Part shown: positions 59,824-64,000 of the stretch, one piece after another
Layout: every line of letters starts with the position of its first letter
Position numbering within the stretch: the first letter of the stretch is position 1
Source of the DNA: Myxococcota bacterium
GTDB taxonomy: Bacteria; Myxococcota_A; UBA9160; PR03
NCBI GenBank assembly: GCA_041611735.1
Contig: JBFIML010000005.1
Span: 71,664-135,663, forward strand
Direction of reading: 5' to 3'
DNA length: 64,000 bases
The notes under the pieces: generated by a model
What the model saw: only the letters and a program-made list of their open reading frames with translations
Database searches by the model: none
Told to the model about the DNA's origin: nothing
Program-made: the position numbers and the translations under genes

Positions 59824-60791
59824 GCCAACCGAGGATGATGGGGAGCGCGCTGGTGACGGGCGGGGCCGGCTTCATCGGCAGCCACCTGGTGGATCATCTC
59901 GCGGACGCGGGCTGGGCGGTACGGGTGCTCGACGACTTCTCGAGCGGGCGCATCGAGAACCTGGCGCACTGCCGCGAGCGCATCGAGCTGCTGCAGGGCG
60001 ATCTCGGCGACCCGGAGACCCTGGTCCATGCGATCGAGGGCGTGGACGTCGTGTTCCATCAGGGGGCGGTGCCTTCGGTGCCGCGCAGTGTGGCGGAGCC
60101 CCTGCGAACCAACGCGGTCAACGTCTCGGGAACCCTGCTGGTGCTGGAGGGAGCCCGTCGGGCCAGGGTTCGCCGGGTGGTGTTCGCCGCCTCGTCGTCG
60201 GCCTACGGGGACACCCCCGAGCTGCCCAAGGAGGAGAGCATGCCGCCGCGGCCCCTGTCGCCCTACGCACTGCAGAAGTACGCGGGCGAGGTCTACTGCC
60301 GGCTCTATCACGAGCTCTACGGTCTGGAGACCGTGGCGCTGCGCTACTTCAACGTGTTCGGGCCGCGTCAGGACCCGCGTAGCGAGTACGCCGCCGTGGT
60401 GCCGCGGTTCGTGGAGGCGTGTCTGCGAGGACGGGCGCCGCGCATCTACGGGGACGGGGAGCAGAGCCGGGACTTCACCTACGTGGAAGACGCGGTGCGG
60501 GCCAACCTGCTGGCCGCCACGGCGCCCAAGGCCCCGGGCAACGTAATCAACGTGGCCGGCGGGCGCCGGGTCACCCTGAACGAGCTGCTGGCGACCATCC
60601 AGCAGGTCACGGGGGCCCGGGTGGCGGCCACCCACGAGGCGCCGCGCCCCGGGGACGTGCGGCACAGTCTCGCGGACCTGCGCCGGGCCCGGACACTGCT
60701 CGGCTACGAACCGTCGGTGTCGCTGCGGGAAGGGCTGCGGAAGACGATCGAAACGTTCCAGTTGGAGTCGGACGAGGAGCAGACGACATGA
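59820..60791 (+). CDS. SDR epimerase, UDP-GlcNAc 4-epimerase (WbpP-like)
   Basis: GGAGFIGSH, HQGAVPSVPRS, PLSPYALQK, RYFNVFGPRQDP.SEYAAV. Confidence 0.85.
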   Translation: MSQPRMMGSALVTGGAGFIGSHLVDHLADAGWAVRVLDDFSSGRIENLAHCRERIELLQGDLGDPETLVHAIEGVDVVFHQGAVPSVPRSVAEPLRTNAVNVSGTLLVLEGARRARVRRVVFAASSSAYGDTPELPKEESMPPRPLSPYALQKYAGEVYCRLYHELYGLETVALRYFNVFGPRQDPRSEYAAVVPRFVEACLRGRAPRIYGDGEQSRDFTYVEDAVRANLLAATAPKAPGNVINVAGGRRVTLNELLATIQQVTGARVAATHEAPRPGDVRHSLADLRRARTLLGYEPSVSLREGLRKTIETFQLESDEEQTT

Positions 60792-62098
60792 ACATCTGTG
60801 TGATCGGAACGGGATACGTGGGGCTGGTGACGGGTGCCTGCTTCGCCGAGTTCGGCGTGCAGGTGGTGTGCGCCGACAAGGACGCCGAGAAGATTGCGGC
60901 GCTCGAGCGGGGCGAGATCCCGATCTACGAGCCGGGCCTCGATGTGCTGGTCGAGCGCAACGTGCGGGAGCGGCGCCTGTCCTTCACGACGGACACGGCC
61001 GAGGCGGTGCGCAACTCGCTGGTGCTGTTCATCGCGGTGCAGACCCCTCCTCGCCACGACGGCGCGACGGACCTCTCGGCCGTCGAGGCGGTGGCGCGCG
61101 AGATCGGGCGCGCCATGGACGGGTACAAGGTCGTGGTGACCAAGAGCACCGTGCCGGTGGGCACCTCGCAGAAGGTCCAGGCCTGGATCGAGGAGGAGCT
61201 CGAGGCGGCGGGTCGATCGTTCCACCTCAGCGTGGCTTCGAATCCCGAGTTCCTGCGCGAAGGGGCCGCCATCGGCGACTTCATGCGACCGGACCGGGTG
61301 GTGATCGGGTCCGAGGACGCCGAGGCCACCGCCATCCTCAAGGATCTCTACCGGCCCCTCTACCTGAACGAGACGCCCTTCGTGATGACGAACATCGCGA
61401 CGGCCGAGCTCACGAAGTACGCGGCCAACGCCTTCCTCGCCACCAAGATCTCGTTCATCAACGAGATGGCGAACCTGTGCGAGCGGATCGGGGGCGACGT
61501 CCACGGCGTGGCGCGCGGGATCGGGCTCGATCGCCGCATCGGGCCCAAGTTCCTGCACCCGGGCCCCGGGTTCGGCGGGTCCTGCTTCCCCAAGGACACG
61601 CGCTCGGCGGCGCACTTCGCTCGCGAATCGGGCGAGCGACTGGAGGTCGTCGAGGCGGTGATCCGCGCCAACGAGCGCCAGCGGCAGCGCATGGTCGAGA
61701 AGATCGAGGCCACGCTCGAGGGCAAGGTCCGTGGCCGGACCATCGGGGTGCTCGGGCTCTCCTTCAAGCCGGAGACCGACGACATGCGCGACGCGCCGGC
61801 GGTGGACATCATCCGGGGATTGCTGGCGCGCGGGGCCATGGTGCGGGCCTACGACCCGGCCGCCATGGATCACGCAGCGAAGCTGCTGCCCGAGATCACC
61901 CTGTGCAAGAACGCCTACGACGTCTGCCAGGGCTCCGACGCCCTGGTGATCGTCACCGAGTGGAACCAGTTCCGGATGCTGGACCTGGAGCGCGTGCATG
62001 GTTTGCTGCGGCAGCCGGTGCTGGTGGACCTGCGCAACGTGTACGAGCCGGAGGCGGTGCGGGCGCGGGGCTTCCGGTACGCCTCCGTCGGCCGGTGA
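60788..62098 (+). CDS. ugd: UDP-glucose 6-dehydrogenase
   Basis: GTGYVGL, PIYEPGL, KSTVPVG, NPEFLREG, GFGGSCFPKD, FKPETDDMR. Confidence 0.95.
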   Translation: MNICVIGTGYVGLVTGACFAEFGVQVVCADKDAEKIAALERGEIPIYEPGLDVLVERNVRERRLSFTTDTAEAVRNSLVLFIAVQTPPRHDGATDLSAVEAVAREIGRAMDGYKVVVTKSTVPVGTSQKVQAWIEEELEAAGRSFHLSVASNPEFLREGAAIGDFMRPDRVVIGSEDAEATAILKDLYRPLYLNETPFVMTNIATAELTKYAANAFLATKISFINEMANLCERIGGDVHGVARGIGLDRRIGPKFLHPGPGFGGSCFPKDTRSAAHFARESGERLEVVEAVIRANERQRQRMVEKIEATLEGKVRGRTIGVLGLSFKPETDDMRDAPAVDIIRGLLARGAMVRAYDPAAMDHAAKLLPEITLCKNAYDVCQGSDALVIVTEWNQFRMLDLERVHGLLRQPVLVDLRNVYEPEAVRARGFRYASVGR

Positions 62099-63177
62099 AG
62101 CGAACCAGTCGGGCTCGCCTGCACGCCGTCGTGCTGGCCGGCGGCGCCGGGCAGCGCTTCTGGCCCCGCTCGCGACGGGCCCGGCCCAAGCCGCTGCTGC
62201 GCGTCGTGGGCGGACGCACGCTGCTCGAGGCCACGCTCGAGCGGGCCGGCCGCCTGGCCCCGCCCGGGCGCACCTGGCTGGTGTGCGCCGCGGAGCACGC
62301 CGCGCCCATGCGGCGGGCGGCGGGGCTGCCGCCGGGCCGGGTGCTGGTGGAGCCGTGCGGCCGCAACACCGCCATGGCCGTGGCCTGGGCCGCCTGCCGC
62401 ATCGCGGCGAAGGATCCCGAAGCGGTGCTGGCAGTCCTTCCGGCGGACCACCACGTTCCCGATGCACGGGCCTTCGCGGCGGCCCTGCGGCGGGCGGCCC
62501 GGGCCGCCCAGCGGGCCGGGGTGCTGGTCACCCTGGGCGTGCGGCCCACGCGGGCCGAGACCGGCTACGGTTACATCCAGGTGGGCCCGGCAGCGCCGGC
62601 GCCCTTCACGGGACTTCACCGGGTGCGCCGTTTCGTCGAGAAGCCATCCGAGGCGCGGGCCCGTCGCTTCGTGCGCAACGGGGGATTTCTGTGGAACGCA
62701 GGGGTGTTCGTCTGGCGGGCGGCCACGATCCTGGAGGAGATCGGGCGCTGGGCGCCGGAGCTGGACCGGGCGCTGGCTCCGCTGCGACGGGCCCCGGCGG
62801 CGCGGGCGGCCCGGGAGGCCGCCTACCGGCGCGCCCCGGCGCTGCCGATCGACGTGGCCGTGCTGGAGCGCAGCCGGAGGGTGTGGACGCTGCCGGTTGG
62901 CTTCCACTGGAGCGACGTGGGCACCTGGGCCTCCCTGGCCGAGGAGCTGGGAGCGGGTCCGGGGGCCAACCGCGTGGTGGAGGGAGAGGCAATCCTGGAG
63001 GGCGCCGACGGCAACCTGGTATGGGGTGGGCGGCGGCCCGTGGCGCTGGTGGGCGTGGAGGGCCTCGCCGTGGTGGACGCGGACGACGCCCTCCTGGTGG
63101 CCCGCCTCGACCGCAGTGGCGCCGTCCGCCGGGTGGTGGAGCGCCTGCACGGGCGCGGGCGCACGGACCTGATCTGA
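62095..63177 (+). CDS. manC: Mannose-1-phosphate guanylyltransferase
   Basis: VLAGGAGQRFWPRSR..RPK, EPCGRNTA, PADH, ETGYGYI, FVEKP, WNAG, WSDVGTW. Confidence 0.93.
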   Translation: MKRTSRARLHAVVLAGGAGQRFWPRSRRARPKPLLRVVGGRTLLEATLERAGRLAPPGRTWLVCAAEHAAPMRRAAGLPPGRVLVEPCGRNTAMAVAWAACRIAAKDPEAVLAVLPADHHVPDARAFAAALRRAARAAQRAGVLVTLGVRPTRAETGYGYIQVGPAAPAPFTGLHRVRRFVEKPSEARARRFVRNGGFLWNAGVFVWRAATILEEIGRWAPELDRALAPLRRAPAARAAREAAYRRAPALPIDVAVLERSRRVWTLPVGFHWSDVGTWASLAEELGAGPGANRVVEGEAILEGADGNLVWGGRRPVALVGVEGLAVVDADDALLVARLDRSGAVRRVVERLHGRGRTDLI

Positions 63178-63193
63178 GGGGGCGCGGAAGGCC

Positions 63194-63868
63194 ATGACGA
63201 ACGGATCGGGCGGCAAGGAAGCCCTCGATTCCCTGCGCATGCTCCCGCTGTTCAAGGAGCTCGGGGAGGGCGGTCTGGAGGAGATCGCCGCCCACCTGAT
63301 CGAGCGGCGCTACCCCCGCAACACCACCATCGTCGAAGAGGGTCTGCCCGGCGACTACATGTACGTGATCCGCGAGGGTCGCGTGAAGGTCACCAAGCTC
63401 TCCGAAGACGGGCGCGAGAAGATCCTCGAGATCCTGGAGGCGGGCGACTTCTTCGGCGAGATGTCGCTGCTCGACCGCGAGCCGCGCTCCGCGTCGGTGA
63501 AGACGCTCGATGCGTCGCGGCTGCTCGCGCTCTCCCGCAACGACTTCCTGAGCGTGCTGCGCCGCAGTCCGGACGTGTCCGTGGCAGTGATCCAGGAGCT
63601 TTCCCGGCGGCTGCGCTGGGCCGACGAGCAGACGAGTGCGCTCTCCTTCCACCGGGTGAAGGACCGCGCCCAGGGGCTCCTGCGGCGCCTCGCCAAGGAG
63701 CCGCGCGAGGCGGGCGCCTGGCTGGCCACGAGCCCCCTCACCCACCAGCAGATCGCCGAGATGATCGGCACCTCCCGGGAGACCGTGACCCGGGTGGTCA
63801 AGGAGCTCAAGCAGGAGTCCTGGCTGCGCCAGGAAGGCAAGCGCTACCTGGTTGCCGCCGATTCCTGA
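63194..63868 (+). CDS. Crp/Fnr family transcriptional regulator
   Basis: cNMP-binding FFGEMSLL...RSASV; HTH THQQIAEMIGTSRETVTR. Confidence 0.93.
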   Translation: MTNGSGGKEALDSLRMLPLFKELGEGGLEEIAAHLIERRYPRNTTIVEEGLPGDYMYVIREGRVKVTKLSEDGREKILEILEAGDFFGEMSLLDREPRSASVKTLDASRLLALSRNDFLSVLRRSPDVSVAVIQELSRRLRWADEQTSALSFHRVKDRAQGLLRRLAKEPREAGAWLATSPLTHQQIAEMIGTSRETVTRVVKELKQESWLRQEGKRYLVAADS

Positions 63869-63914
63869 TCCCCGGTGGCTCATACCCGCCCGGCCGCGGT
63901 CCGATACGCCCGGT

Positions 63915-64000
63915 GTGGCGATCCAGGACGCCGAATTCGCCCGCTGGCTCACCGAGTCCTTCCGCTCGGGCCTCGTGGCCGTCGACGCCGAGGGTCGGCT
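63915..64000 (+). CDS. N-terminus of a probable PAS-domain protein/sensor kinase (partial)
   Basis: GTG...VAIQDAEFARWLTESFRSGLVAVDAEGR resembles a PAS-domain start. Runs off the window. Confidence 0.5.
   Translation, partial: MAIQDAEFARWLTESFRSGLVAVDAEGR

Overview
Very GC-rich bacterial chromosomal DNA. The gene content and sorting-signal style suggest a Myxococcota/deltaproteobacterial genome, which is an inference. The first ~9.7 kb is housekeeping and envelope genes: the rplS 3' end, yraN, rsmI, a heparinase II/III-like gene, an OprI/Lpp-like lipoprotein next to two L,D-transpeptidase-family genes, ligA, and a PAS kinase plus sigma54 regulator. About 9.8-63.2 kb is one large Wzx/Wzy-type exopolysaccharide locus linked to an exosortase. 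It contains wza, an OM beta-barrel, split wzc with an ExeA-like ATPase, wecA, xrt/epsI, nucleotide-sugar genes and five glycosyltransferases. It also carries many decorating enzymes (sulfotransferase, 2 FkbM, AsnB amidotransferase, SxtIJK-like carbamoylation trio, CapK-like ligase with DUF362) and several secreted beta-helix proteins. The export and exosortase arms are read from back-to-back sigma54-type promoters flanking a central palindrome. The most intriguing element is a phosphate-themed cassette at 29.6-37.0 kb: DUF4956 membrane protein, CotH-kinase/beta-helix fusion, VTC (polyphosphate polymerase) domain and a Thr-nucleophile LtaS-like membrane 'sulfatase'. It is divergent from a surface glycerophosphodiesterase with a GGCG-TM-polyArg C-terminal sorting signal. 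It may be a make-export-use polyphosphate pathway for surface phosphorylation (hypothesis). Four apparent frameshifts are each fixed by +1 base in a G/C homopolymer, which suggests sequencing indels. No RNA genes, CRISPR arrays or mobile elements were recognised. All family calls come from motif recognition by eye, not database searches.
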